Shown piece after piece: positions 46,109-57,864 of a stretch of DNA of 64,000 bases. Source of the DNA: Macrostomum hystrix. Lineage: Eukaryota > Animalia > Platyhelminthes. The first letter of the stretch is position 1. The number at the start of each line of letters is the position of its first letter. Under the pieces are notes generated by a model. The model searched no databases. It was given only the letters and a program-made list of their open reading frames with translations, and was not told the DNA's origin. Made by a program: the position numbers and the translations under genes. The stretch lies in contig CATNEN010000027.1 of the NCBI GenBank assembly GCA_950097015.1, positions 1-64,000 of the forward strand, given 5' to 3'.

Positions 46109-49100
46109 TGTGTGTGACCCTGTTCTTGTTGCATTACCAAGCCGAAGTTAACAAGGCAAATTGGAAGGCTCGAAGACTTCACGCCCACTAGACTTACCTG
46201 TCAATAGTTGCTTTCTGTCAAGCTTTCCAAGCCTATTATTTTTAACTGCTTGCTTCTTAAAAGAAGCGGGTAAATGCGTGGATATTGGGGTCAGAATCGG
46301 GAATGGTCAGGTGCAAAAAGGTACAAAGTCGCACAAAGATATCCACTTTCATGTACGTGTCTTTAAGGGCCCAAAGGATCGAGTTTTTTTTACCTGAAAT
46401 TGCGCTTCTATTTTCTTTTTCTTCTGTCGCTGCTAATTCTCCCCTATTCTATTTTTACAGCTATAGATAGAGCATTCGAAAGCCAGCTGTTCAGTCCATG
46501 GACTGGGGGGGCTGTCATACCCACCAAAATTTGTATCCCAGCTAATGCTTTATTAATAGGTGCCATTATAATAACTAGTTGCATGCGCGTATTGTCCAAG
46601 GAGCGTAGGAACATGTTTTTTCATTTTTTAAATTTCAGAAGTACGTGTGTCTGCACTTCCATTTTTAGCATTTTATAAGGGCGCCTATTTCTTTTTAATC
46701 CCCACTGCTCTTGTCTGTCAAGCCTGTCACATTTCTGTCTCGAAAGTCACAACAAGCTTCATGACACTCAGCCAAGCCATTTGACTTGCACTTCACACTT
46801 ATCTGTATCTCACATTTCATTTTCACTGACTGTCTCGCTACATCTCCATGAGACTGTCACTGACTGTCTCCCTACATTTCCATGAGACTGTCACTGACTG
46901 CCTCCCTACATCTCCACGAGACTGTCACTGACTGTCTCCCTACATTTCCATGAGACTGCCACTGACTGTCTCCCTACATCTCCATGAGACTGCCACTGAA
47001 TGTCTCCCTACATCTCCATGAGACTGTCACTGACTGTCTCCCTACATCTCCATGAGACTGTCACTGACTGTCTCCCTACATCTCCATGAGACTGTCACTG
47101 ACTGTCTCCCTACATCTCCATGAGACTGTCACTGACTGTCTCCCTACTTCTCCATGAGACTGTCACTGACTGTCTCCCTACATCTCCATGAGACTGTCAC
47201 TGACTGTCTCCCTACTTCTCCATGAGACTGTCACTGGCTGTCTCCCTACATCTCCATGAGACTGTCACTGACTGTCTCCCTACATCTCCATGAGACTGTC
47301 ACTGACTGTCTCCCTACTTCTCCATGAGACTGTCACTGGCTGTCTCCCTACATCTCCATGAGACTGTCACTGACTGTCTCCCTACATCTCCATGAGACTG
47401 TCACTGACTGTCTCCCTACTTCTCCATGAGACTGCCACTGACTGTCTCCCTGCATCTTCTTGAGACTATGACTGAGACCCTAAATCTCTGTTTTCCAACA
47501 GGCGCGGACAAAAGTCGCATGCGACAAGAAAGGACAATAAGGGAGACAGTTCCTCCGCCGCTGGCCCAGCTGCCGCTGCCACAGCTTCCTGTGCCAATCT
47601 GACAGTGGCCGGACAGGCCGCAGGTCCTAAGAAGGCGGACGGCCTCACCTACGGAGTGAGTAGGCTTGCTTTGAGAACTCTGGTCATGTTTCGATTAGAA
47701 ACGGAAGTCTAAGAAAGACATTTATTGTGTAGACACTAATTATTGTCTTTGTCCACAATCTCTCCTCTCTGTCGCCTATCACTGATTGGTGATTCCCATC
47801 CCCTAGCTCTGGTCTCTATCCCCTTAGCTCTGGTCTCTATCCCCTTAGCTCTGGTCTCTATCCCCTTAGCTCTGGTCTCTATCCCCTTAGCTCTAGTCTC
47901 TATCCCCTTAGCTCTGGTCTCTATCCCCTTAGCTCTGGTCTCTATCCCCTTAGCTCTAGTCTCTATCCCCTTAGCTCTAGTCTCTATCCCCTTAGCTCTA
48001 GTCTCTATCCCCTTAGCTCTAGTCTCTATCCCCTTAGCTCTAGTCTCTATCCCCTTAGCTCTGGTCTCTATCCCCTTAGCTCTAGTCTCTATCCCCTTAG
48101 CTCTAGTCTCTATCCCCTTAGCTCTGGTCTCTATCCCCTTAGCTCTAGTCTCTATCCCCTTAGCTCTAGTCTCTATCCCCTTAGCTCTAGTCTCTATCCC
48201 CTTAGCTCTGGTCTCTATCCCCTTAGCTCTAGTCTCTATCCCCTATCTGTATCCATAGGTCCTGTTTGTCCTTTGTTCATTGTATGTATTGTCCTATTAA
48301 TAATTTAGTGTTTATGTATATATATCTACTTCTGATCCAGTTTACCCACTGTCCAACTATTTTTACATCAGCATTAGTGCAGTTACAATATTAGTTGTTT
48401 TGCATCTCAGCTTCTCAGCTCGGACACTCTCAGGCAGATAATTATGCCTATTAAGTTAAAGCTTTTTACCTTGAAATCTGTGTGAGGTTGTTTTTACCTT
48501 GCCATCATTAACGACTTGTCTTATTGTTCAGCTGTAGTAAAAAACTCGCTATCTAGCTAGCACTGCCTCACAGCCTTTAATTATACGCTTAGCAACTGAT
48601 TTGAATTGGCGCCTAGGCTAGGCCCGGTCACGTGCAAACCTGCGGCCTTGAAATTGTACACCTTCGCTGAGCTTTTGATGTGTGTGTGAGGGTGTGTGGG
48701 TGTGTTATAAATCCAAGCTGAGATATTTTTAATTCCTGTTTAATTCCCTTCTAGCTTTTGGTTTTCTCTTAACATTCTTCATGACCAAGAAATGGCTTCT
48801 TGAGAGAAAAATACTTTGTGAAATTTCTGATTGCGCCCGTGAAGTCCTATCAAAACTGGACCAGCCATGAAACATTTTAATTAAATAATTATAGATCAAC
48901 AGATATTTTCCAATAGACTGAAAGCAACTCGACTGCTGTGCGGGCCTAAATTTGATTTCAGACTGAAAACTTTCATGCCTCGCTGAAAAAAACTTTTACT
49001 AGTCTGTAATCAGAGTACAGAACTTGCTGTAATTTACAGAGAAAATTATCGGCTAGCTAACTCCCACACCATTGTAACTACAGATGCGCCGCGCAATAGC

Positions 49101-52100
49101 AGCGGTCGGCTGCGCATCTGCATTGCCTGATTGGGGCGGGTTTTGTCCATAATTATTATTACTCTGAATCCCAAACTCAAGTGGATCGGACATCCCAAAA
49201 GATGCCACGCCCATAGTGAAATGTGCCTAATCCCAACGCCTGCAGGAGCTGCTGCGCGAGCTGGACCAGGAGCGGGAGCGCCGCTGGAAGAGCGAGGCGG
49301 CCTGTCGCCGCCTGGCCGAGCACGCCCAGCTGCTGCAGGCGCAGAGTCGCGAAGATGCCGCGGTTCGTTCAGCCGCAGTCGACGCAGCCGAGAAGTTGAA
49401 ATCGACGGCGGCTGACGAACGCGAAATGCGCGAAGCCGCCGAGGCGCGCGCCGTCAAGGCCGAGTCGGCTGGCGCCGCGTCGGAGGCGGCCCGAGTCGAA
49501 GCCGAGCGGCGCGCCGAGGAACTTCGCGCCGAGCTGGACCGACTGCGACGCTCCACCGGTGGCGAAGAGCGACGCCGAGCCCAGGCGGCGGCCGGCGCTG
49601 AGGCCCGCGCCGCTCGCGCCGAAGCCGAAGCGGCAACTCTGCGCAGTCAGGCGGAGCGTCAGGCGGAGTCCCTGCGTCAGGCCGAGCACCTCCTGGCCGA
49701 ACGGGAGCGCGAATTTCAGCGCCAGCTGGCCGGTTGCTACCGCCTGGGCAGTCCGGAGCTCGAATCTCTGGTTGCCAAGGAGACGGAACGGGAGCGCCGA
49801 TGCGCCGCACAGGCAATTCGACGCCTCGATGAGCGTCTGGCCGAGGCTGGCGAGCGGTACCGCGCCTTGGAGGACGAGTTCCGGCTGGCGCTGCGGCTGC
49901 AGGCGCAGTCGGAGGACCGGCTGCAGCGTCAGGCGACGGAGGCCACCGATGAGGCGGCCGGACTGCGCGAGCTGTACCAGGCTGCCAAGAGCCGCGATGC
50001 CGACAGGGAGAGACTTGTGGCCGAGCTGTCACAGGTTGGTTTTCGCCTGACTAGTCTCACTTCTCTCCTGATCCCACATCCCATCTGATCCCACATCCCA
50101 TCTGATCCCACATCCCATCTTATCCCACATCTCATCTGATCCCACATCCCATCTGATCCCACATCCCATCTGATCCCACATCCCATCTGATCCCACATCC
50201 CATCTGATCCCACATCTCATCTGATCCCACATCTCATCTGATCCGACATCCCATATTATCCCACACCCCATCTTATCCCACATCTCATCTTATCCCACAT
50301 CCCATCTTATCCCATATCCCATATTATCCCACACCCCATCTTATCCCACATCTTATCTTATCCCACATCCCATCTGATCCCACATCCCATCTTATCCCAT
50401 ATCCCATATTATCCCACACCCCATCTTATCCCACATCTCATCTTATCCCACATCCCATCGGATCCTACATCCCATCTTATCCCATATCCCATATTATCCC
50501 ACACCCCATCTTATCCCACATCTCATCTTATCCCACATCCCATCTGATCCCACATCCCATCTTATCCCATATCCCATATTATCCCACACCCCATCTTATC
50601 CCACATCTCATCTTATCCCACATCCCATCTGATCCTACATCCCATCTTATCCCATATCCCATATTATCCCACACCCCATCTTATCCCACATCTCATCTTA
50701 TCCCACATCCCATCTGATCCCACATCCCATCTTATCCCATATCCCATATTATCCCACACCCCATCTTATCCCACATCTCATCTTATCCCACATCCCATCT
50801 GATCCTACATCCCATCTGATCCCACATCCCATCTTATCCCACATCCCATCTTATCCCACATCCCATCTTATCCCACATCTCATCTGATCCCACATCCCAT
50901 CTGATCCCACATCCCATCTGATCCCACATCCTATCTTATCCCAAAACCCATCGTATCCCACATCCCATCTTATCCCACATCCCATCTGATCCCACATCCC
51001 ATCTTATCCCACTTCTTATCTGATCCCACATCCTATCTGATCCCACATCCCATCTTATCCCACATCCCATCTGATCCCACATCTCATCTTATCCCACATC
51101 CCATCTGATCCCACATCCCATCTTATCCCATATCCCATATTATCCCACACCCCATCTTATCCCACATCTCATCTTATCCCACATCCCATCTGATCCCACA
51201 TCCCATCTTATCCCACTTCTTATCTGATCCCACATCCTATCTGATCCCACATCCCATCTTATCCCACATCCCATCTGATCCCACATCTCATCTTATCCCA
51301 CATCCCATCTGATCCCACATCCCATCTTATCCCATATCCCATATTATCCCACACCCCATCTTATCCCACATCTCATCTTATCCCACATCCCATCTGATCC
51401 TACATCCCATCTGATCCCACATCCCATCTTATCCCACATCCCATCTGATCCCACATCCCATCTTATCCCACATCTCATCTGATCCCACATCCCATCTGAT
51501 CCCACATCCCATCTGATCCCACATCCCATCTTATCCCACTTCTTATCTGATCCCACATCCTATCTGATCCCACATCCCATCTTATCCCACATCCCATCTG
51601 ATCCCACATCCCATCTTATCCCACATCCCATCTTATCCCACATCCTATCTTATCCCAAATGCCATCTTATCCCACATCCCATCTTATCCCACATCCCATC
51701 TTATCCCACATCCCATCTGATCCCACATCCCATCTTATCCCACATCCCATCTTATCCCACATCCCATCTATCCCACACCCCATCTTATCCCACATCTCAT
51801 CTTATCCCACATCCCATCTTTTCCCACATCTCATCTGATCCCACATCCCATCTGATCCCACATCCCATCTTATCCCACATCCCATCTTATCCCATCTTAC
51901 CCCTCAACCTAATCAATCTTACACTACATTCGAGCTGGGGTCACAATGTGGATCTCTCTGCAAACCAATCCTTTGTTTTTGTCCGTCTGTCTCTATCGGA
52001 CTTTTGTCTGGTTGTTTATTAGCAATCACAACATTTCTGCTTGTTCTTTTGCCAACGGCTGCTAATTACAGCAATTAAACCCGCCAGGAGTCATTTATTA

Positions 52101-54897
52101 GTCTAGTCTTGGCAACAGCGGGTTACAGTAGTTTTTTCTAGCAGAAACATGCCTCTGTTAAACCGTTTAGTCTCCTATGCGACTTCACTGCCTTATAGTT
52201 GTCTGTCTTTAGTTGCTTTTTTGTCAAATGTCCGTTTGACTAACAGGGCTCTGTATTCACATTTTTGTAGCAGAAATGCTTATCTGCTCTCCATTTCAAA
52301 TCGAATTTCAGCTGGCCAAGGAGCAGAAAGCTAAGCTGGAGAATGTTGCTAAACTGCGGCTTGAGGAGGGCAGAGCTCAGAAGGTGAGACGCAGCTACCT
52401 TTAAAAATAAGAACTCTTATTTTTAAGATATGAGTTCAAGAGTCCAACTCCTGCTCTCAATTCTTCCCAAAACATTAAAAAAATCTTCCTAAATTTCCCC
52501 CCAGAAAGCTGGAAAAAATCTCCCCACTTTTCCCCTATTCTCCCCAAAAACTGATAAAATCTCTCCCCACTCCGAATTCTCCCAAACCAACCAGTAGAAT
52601 CTCTCCCCACTCCAAATTCTCCCAAACCAACCAGTAGAATCTCTCCCCACTCCAAATTCTCCCAAACCAACCAGTAGAATCTCTCCCCACTCCAAATTCT
52701 CCCAAACCAACCAGTAGAATCTCTCCCCACTCCAAATTCTCCCAAACCAACCAGTAGAATCTCTCCCCACTCCAAATTCTCCCAAACCAACCAGTAGAAT
52801 CTCTCCCCACTCCAAATTCTCCCAAACCAACCAGTAGAATCTCTCCCCACTCCAAATTCTCCCAAACCAACCAGTAGAATCTCTCCCCACTCCAAATTCT
52901 CCCAAACCAACCAGTAGAATCTCTCCCCACTCCAAATTCTCCCCCAACCAGTAGAATCTCTCCCCACTCCAAATTCTCCCAAACCAACCAGTAGAATCTC
53001 TCCCCACTCCAAATTCTCCCAAACCAACCAGTAGAATCTCTCCCTACTCTAAATTCTCCCAAACCAACCAGTAGAATCTCTCCCAACTCCAAATTCTCCC
53101 AAACCAACCAGTAGAACCTCTCCCCACTCCAAATTCTCCCCCAACCAGTAGAATCTCTCCCCACTCCAAATTCTCCCCCAACCAGTAGAACCTCTCTCCA
53201 CTCCAAATTCTCCCCCAACCAGTAGAATCTCTCCCCACTCCAAATTCTCCCCCAACCAGTAGAATCTCTCCCCACTCCAAATTCTCCCAAACCAACCAGT
53301 AGAATCTCTCCCTACTCCAAATTCTCCCCCAACCAGTAGAATCTCTCCCCACTCCAAATTCTCCCAAACCAACCAGTAGAATCTCTCCCCACTCCAAATT
53401 CTCCCAAACCAACCAGTAGAATCTCTCCCTACTCTAAATTCTCCCAAACCAACCAGTAGAATCTCTCCCCACTCTAATTTCTCCCTTAACTACAGAATCT
53501 GCCTTTACTCCAAATACTCCCCAACTGAAGAATCCCACTCTGCTCTCTATTATCCCAAATCCTATTGAGCCTCTTTGCCAGGCACATGCTCAGACCTGTT
53601 AAAATCCCCCACCAGGCTCGCGAGCAGAAGCAGGAGGAGCAGCTGGAGGAAGCGCGCCGTCGTCTGGCCGACATGGACTCGTTGCGCAAGGAGAACAAGC
53701 GACTGACCGCCCAGCTGGCAGCCCAGGATTCGCTCATTGAAGGCCTTCGAGCCGAGAAGCGGCTGTGGGCTGACGAGCTGGCCCAGCAGGGCAGCGCGCT
53801 GGCGCAGGACCGCGGCCGCCTGGAGAGCCGGGTCGAGCTGCTGCAGTCCGAGGTGGCCTCGCTGAAGCGCCAGCTAGAGCACGAGACAGACTCGCTGAAG
53901 ATCAAGACGAAGGTGGCCGAGGACCTGCTTGACACTGTGCGCAAGATGAAGGACAGCCTGGCGGAGAAGGATGCGGCAGTGCGGCGAGTTCAGGAGGAGT
54001 CCATCGAGCGGGTGCGCGTGCTGGAGGAGCAGCTGCAACTGGAGACAGAAAGCCGGAGGGATGCTGAGGTACGCACCTGGGATGTCAGGACTGGGATTTT
54101 TCTTGTTGGGGAGAATTAGGAGCGGAGAACTGATTTTACTGTTTTGGTTAAAAATTGGGATTTGGGAAGATTTTCTTCTGGTTAGAGGAGAATCATGATT
54201 AGCTTCATATTCTTCTGGTTTGGGGAGGTGAGAATTGGGAATGGGGAAATATTCTTATGTTTAAGGGAGAATGGGGAGTAGGGAGATATTTTTCTATTTA
54301 TGGGAGAATCGCGATTGGGAAGAGATTCTGCTGGTTGGGGAAGCATTTAGAGCAGGTAAGAGTTATTTCTCCCGCACGGGCCCGCAGGAGCAGGCCAAGG
54401 CGCTGTCGGAACGCAAGGAGGAGCTGAAGCAGGAGGTGGAGGAGCTGACTGAGCGATGCCAGCGGGCGGAGCGCAGTGCTGCACAGCTGACTGCTCGATG
54501 GCGCGACAAGTCGGAGCAGATCGACCGGATGGAGTCGCAGGTTGAGCAGCTCAGGGCCGAATTTGAGCGTCGTGAAGCGGAACTTCGGGCCGAGCGCGAC
54601 AAAGCTGCGGCGGCCGCGGCGGCTGCTACGGAGCAATTGCGCAACGCCGACGATGCATTCCGAGCCCAGCTGGACGCTCAGCAGACGGGGCACAGGCGCC
54701 AGACGGAACAGCTGGAGAGGCAGCTGGCCAAGGCTCGATCGGATGCGGAGACCCGAGTAGCAGATGTTGAAGAAGAGATGCGTCAATTGCTGCGCGATAC
54801 GGAGGGCCAGAAGCAGAGATTGGAGGCCAAAGTTAGGCAGCTGACTGCGGCCTTCAACCAAGTGGCGCAAGATTTGGCGGAGTCAGCTTTGCGATGA
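40035..54897 (+). CDS. LRRCC1: Leucine-rich repeat and coiled-coil domain-containing centrosomal protein 1 (~1,007 aa visible, start codon not located)
   Basis: Exons 40035-40493, 42357-42864, 43521-43599, 47502-47655, 49246-50034, 52312-52383, 53616-54068, 54388-54897 join in frame (3,024 nt). LRRs LNCHCNRIENLAGL...LHHLDLSSNRIGRISGL...LNLSYNAI...VELHGNQ, an LRR cap (YRRQVLTGLPQLDSLD) and coiled-coil ELDQERERRWKSE match LRRCC1/CLERC. The two small middle exons are the least certain. Confidence 0.85.
40560..41580. repeat. CT-rich polypyrimidine low-complexity tract (LRRCC1 intron)
   Basis: Degenerate CTCCTCCACTCT units. A second CT-rich patch lies at ~42020-42300. Confidence 0.9.
42915..43320. 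repeat. Degenerate ~22-bp repeat (TCACTCCCTCTGTCACCCTACT-like)
   Basis: Visible recurring TCTGTCACCCTACTTTCAC units. Confidence 0.85.
43859..45520 (-). CDS. Intronless rhodopsin-class peptide GPCR (FMRFamide/sex-peptide-receptor-like), nested antisense in an LRRCC1 intron
   Basis: Seven hydrophobic segments with GNALSIRVL, YLAAQGCLD, TVERCLSARFP, YNVPRGFE, FVVCQTFP and NSSVNFILYC..FR. First ATG at 45520, alternative at 45484. Confidence 0.9.
   Translation of the reverse strand: MNHYITIAISLDMDWNNTAQQPQQQQLVSLQLHLWGYVGTGLSLLGMTGNALSIRVLCSRRMYSSTALYLAAQGCLDTVVLLLFDVCMGLPMVSGKFASLTRPNSTLIKILYPLSLFIHMCGMYVTACFTVERCLSARFPLRSATAAGTGNRRRAWRRLLAILLFSLVYNVPRGFEKMHFFISDKVQNNASNGTDSMSYPAWTLMDNCWYRGIYSGLMYTLFMYVLPLTLIAVSNIVLIYTIRRSTRRATQEQQQQQKRRPLTPGGPCRHSSQQLKRLERDRSISRMLVGVVAVFVVCQTFPLIDNVAAVALGAPPKPTVYWQQAFYIVAQFMVVVNSSVNFILYCFFGQRFRRELRLTLCCGRSGGGGGAGGRPEVGGARGSNIALCNLDRSRSPLLGSHSPINGCPSPLHGSHSPINGCPSPMHGSHSPINGCPSPLHGSHSPINGCPSPMHGSHSPNNGCPSPLHGSHSPNNGCPSPLHGSHSPNNGCPSPLHGSRRFTHSPESTRLKAPAVILNGRGHCCCHNYQQQQQQQQWLLDHQHADSDSPPVSI
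44030..44325 (-). repeat. 42-bp coding tandem repeat x7 (SHSP(I/N)NGCPSP(L/M)HG) in the GPCR C-terminal tail
   Basis: In frame within the receptor ORF, 7 x 14 aa. Confidence 0.9.
46065..46115. repeat. (TG)n microsatellite
   Basis: Direct read. Confidence 0.95.
46475..46545 (-). mobile_element. 3' fragment of the same SINE family as 27717-27945
   Basis: The reverse complement reads GCATTAGCT...CCCCCCCAGTCCATGGACTGAACAGC, matching 27866-27924. Confidence 0.6.
46825..47470. repeat. 34-bp minisatellite (CCTACATCTCCATGAGACTGTCACTGACTGTCTC)
   Basis: About 18 units, ending ~30 nt before the acceptor at 47501. Confidence 0.95.
47790..48245. repeat. 21-bp minisatellite (TCCCCTTAGCTCT(G/A)GTCTCTA)
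   Basis: About 21 units. It produces the spurious (LALVSIP)n ORF. Confidence 0.95.
50070..51900. repeat. 17-bp minisatellite (TCT(G/T)ATCCCACATCCCA), ~105 units
   Basis: Direct read. The same family occurs inverted at 55697-56215. Confidence 0.95.
52540..53480. repeat. 40-bp minisatellite (AATCTCTCCCCACTCCAAATTCTCCCAAACCAACCAGTAG, with shorter variants)
   Basis: Period of 40 is visible at 52621-52920. Confidence 0.95.
54080..54360. repeat. Degenerate inverted copy of the 40-bp minisatellite family
   Basis: GGGAGAATGGGGAGTAGGGAGATATT and GGGAAGAGATTCTGCTGGTTGGGG resemble the reverse complement of the 52540-53480 unit. Confidence 0.6.
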
Positions 54898-54990
54898 TTA
54901 TTTTTGGCTGATAGTGTTTGCATGAAAATGTGATTTTAAACTAAAGATATGCACTTTAGGCACTGGTGCTTTGATGTGGTTAATGTGCGC

Positions 54991-55253
54991 TAGCCAATCA
55001 GCATTTAAATATTGAACGTAGAGAAATGGTGGCCGGCAGTGTACGTTATCGATCAGATCAGGGACAGAGACGCTAGCCAATCAGCGTTCAAATATTGAAG
55101 GGTAGAGAAACGGTGGCCGGCGGTGTACATTATCAATCAGATCAGGGACAGAGACGCTAGCCAATCAGTATTCAAATATTGAAGGTAGAGAAATGGTGGC
55201 CGGCAGTGTACATTATCGATCAGATCAGGGACAGAGACGCTAGCCAATCAGCG
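54991..55253. repeat. ~83-bp tandem repeat x3 (plus a partial fourth) downstream of the LRRCC1 stop
   Basis: TAGCCAATCAG starts at 54991, 55074, 55158 and 55241. Confidence 0.9.
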
Positions 55254-55696
55254 TTCTAGGATTGAGGATTGTGTTTTAAGTAATGTTTTAACATGGCTTT
55301 AGAAGCACATTTTTTGTCATTTGGCTGTGCTTCTAGCAGCATTCTCAACTCAAAATTGGGCTAGTGCTGTTTAGTTGGTCAGGCGCACATTGTATTCATA
55401 AAAAAGCTGTGCTTTGTAAATCCTGTAAATCCAATATGAATAGCATTATAATTGCTAGCCAATTGTCTAGATGTTTATTAAACTCATGCTAGGCTTTACT
55501 AAAAGGTAAATTTTTTATTCGCATGCTCAGAGTTTTTAAAGTGGCCACAAAGCCGTGAATCATTCGAACAGCCGGTCTGTTCTCATTAATTCAGCATTGT
55601 GCTTTGATTGTTTTACATATTAATACAAGTAATAAAAACTGCACGATAAAAACATATTGAATTTGTGAATTCTGCTTCTCGGTGGGGGTAGCCCGA

Positions 55697-56215
55697 TGGG
55701 ATCCGATGGAATGTGGGATCGGGTGGGAGGTGGGATCAGATGGGATGTGGGATCGGGTGGGATCATGTGGGATGTGGGGATCGGGTGGGATGTAGGATCG
55801 GGTGGGATGTGGGATCGGGTGGGATGTGGGGATCGGGTGGGATGTGGGATCAGGTGGGATGTGGGATTGGGTGGGATGTGGGATCAGGTGGGATGTGGGA
55901 TCGGGTGGGATGTGGGATCAGGTGGGATGTGGGATCAGTTAGGATGTGGGATCAGGTGGGGTGAGGGATCAGGTGGGATATGGGATCACGTGGTATGTCG
56001 GATCAGGTGGGATATGGGATCAGGTGGGATGTGGGATCAGGTGGGATGTGGGATCAGGTGGGATGTGGGATCAGGTGGGATGTGGGATCAGGTGGGATGT
56101 GGGATCGGGTGGGATATGGGATCGGGTGGGATGTGGGATCAGGTGGGATGTGTGATCGTGTGGGATGTGAGATGTGGGACCAGATAATTTGTCGAATTGG
56201 ATGAACGCTAGGATG
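55697..56215. repeat. 17-bp minisatellite family, G-rich orientation (GATGTGGGATC(A/G)GGTGG)
   Basis: Reverse-complement relative of the 50070-51900 array, more diverged. Confidence 0.9.
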
Positions 56216-56700
56216 AAATGTGGGATCAGATGGGAATAATTATTAGCATTGAGGATCAGAGAATTGTTGAGATCGGGTTAAAAGACCGCATCTTCGGCCA
56301 CTTGAATATCGGTCAGATGAATTGAAGTGCCACCAAGACGGGCAGTGTTGTCTTCAACTTGACTGCTCTCAGACTCAGCTGATAATGATTTGCAGTATTG
56401 TTTTTTGAGTCGACCTTGTTTTATTAACTCGATCGGTTCTGGCCTCCCTGGTGAATGGCTACTATTTTATCATAGATGGCGTTATTTTAAAAATAACAGC
56501 AAAATATTTGGCCAGTAAGTTATTGGGATTTTAAAGGTAACTAAATACGCTGTTTGCAATCGCCTGCGCTGTACAGGTTTGAGTACAGGTAACAGAGATT
56601 TGATTAAAGAGTCTTTCAACGCAACTCCTGGTACAGAAGTGTGGAAATTGCGAATGCGCATTCAGTGCCCAGCTGAGGATTGCTCTAGATCTGCGTTGCT

Positions 56701-57402
56701 TCAAAAGAACTGGAACGACCTCGACTGCTGCGACGGCGGCTGCTGCGGCGCCTGTTGCGAGAAGCACAGCGGGTCCTGGCACCACTGGCTGCCGACTCCG
56801 GCGCCGCCGCTGCCATCGAAAGCCGACATCGAGCTGTCTCTAGCATTCTGCGAGGAGAAGAAGCCGTCCAAGTCGAAGTCGATCGGGTCTGACTCCAGTC
56901 CGGCGACGCTTTCGCTGAAGCCGCCGCCGAAGCCGCCGCTGAAGCTGCCGCTCGGATTCGGAACGCAGCAGCCGAAGTCGCTGCCCGACATGAACATTCT
57001 GCTGTCATTGCCGGCCCCAGCTTCGCTTAGCAGAAAGTTGTTCGGCATCGAATAAGTCGCGCCCTCGTCCGCCGGAGTCTCCATCTCTTCGCCGAGGTCC
57101 CAGCTGACGCCGCCGCTAACGCCTTCTGTTGGACTTGGAAAGGCCCAGGGTCGTGCTTGATCGTAGCCGCAGCAGTTAGCCATGGGGTCAGTCCAGCTGT
57201 TGTTGGTGCCGCCTACTCCAACGCTGTCCATATCGCAGCAGTCGCTGACGCAGCTATTCCTGTCGTTGCCACGAGCCGAGCCCCACGCCAATCCACTGCC
57301 TCGGCCAACGGAATTCATGGCAGGCCAGTTGCCCGCAAGATCGGACCACGCAGCCTCCATGCCGGTGATGCTTGAGCGAGAAGCCATCCAAGCGTCATCC
57401 AT
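56701..57402 (-). CDS. Uncharacterised 233-aa Ser/Gly/Asp-rich, likely disordered protein (single ORF)
   Basis: ATG-initiated ORF with strong G/C third-position bias, like the neighbouring real exons. Not repeat-derived. No recognisable domain. Confidence 0.5.
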   Translation of the reverse strand: MDDAWMASRSSITGMEAAWSDLAGNWPAMNSVGRGSGLAWGSARGNDRNSCVSDCCDMDSVGVGGTNNSWTDPMANCCGYDQARPWAFPSPTEGVSGGVSWDLGEEMETPADEGATYSMPNNFLLSEAGAGNDSRMFMSGSDFGCCVPNPSGSFSGGFGGGFSESVAGLESDPIDFDLDGFFSSQNARDSSMSAFDGSGGAGVGSQWCQDPLCFSQQAPQQPPSQQSRSFQFF

Positions 57403-57864
57403 TCCGCGGAATATAGGCGCTAATTAATCAGCTTCCTTAGACTAACCTAATTCTCTACTGCTTTAGGGCTGCGGCAATCATGGCTCTCTCTATCTCTGTC
57501 GATAGCGATTCGATTCCTAGTCTATGGCTCCGAGGGGCCAGCTGAAAAGTACGCGCGGAACAGGAGATAAGCCAAAGGGCCACATTCAAAAGAAATTTGG
57601 TAGCCGATTTAGTCTATGGCCTGGATTGTTGTAATTGGGCTATTTTTAACCCTTATTTCACATTCTAATGTGATTAACGAGACTAGCAAGCCCTGAGAAG
57701 GCTTGCCATAAATAGCCCCCCCCCCGAAAACTGGGGAACAAGAATTTCCTAACAAAGCAACACGAGACTGTAGATTCCAACTGAAGGGGATAATCTGACG
57801 AAGGAAAATTTTCCTGCGTAGGAGAAAATTTCGATTGGAATAACAGTGGGTGGCGTTATCTGCC

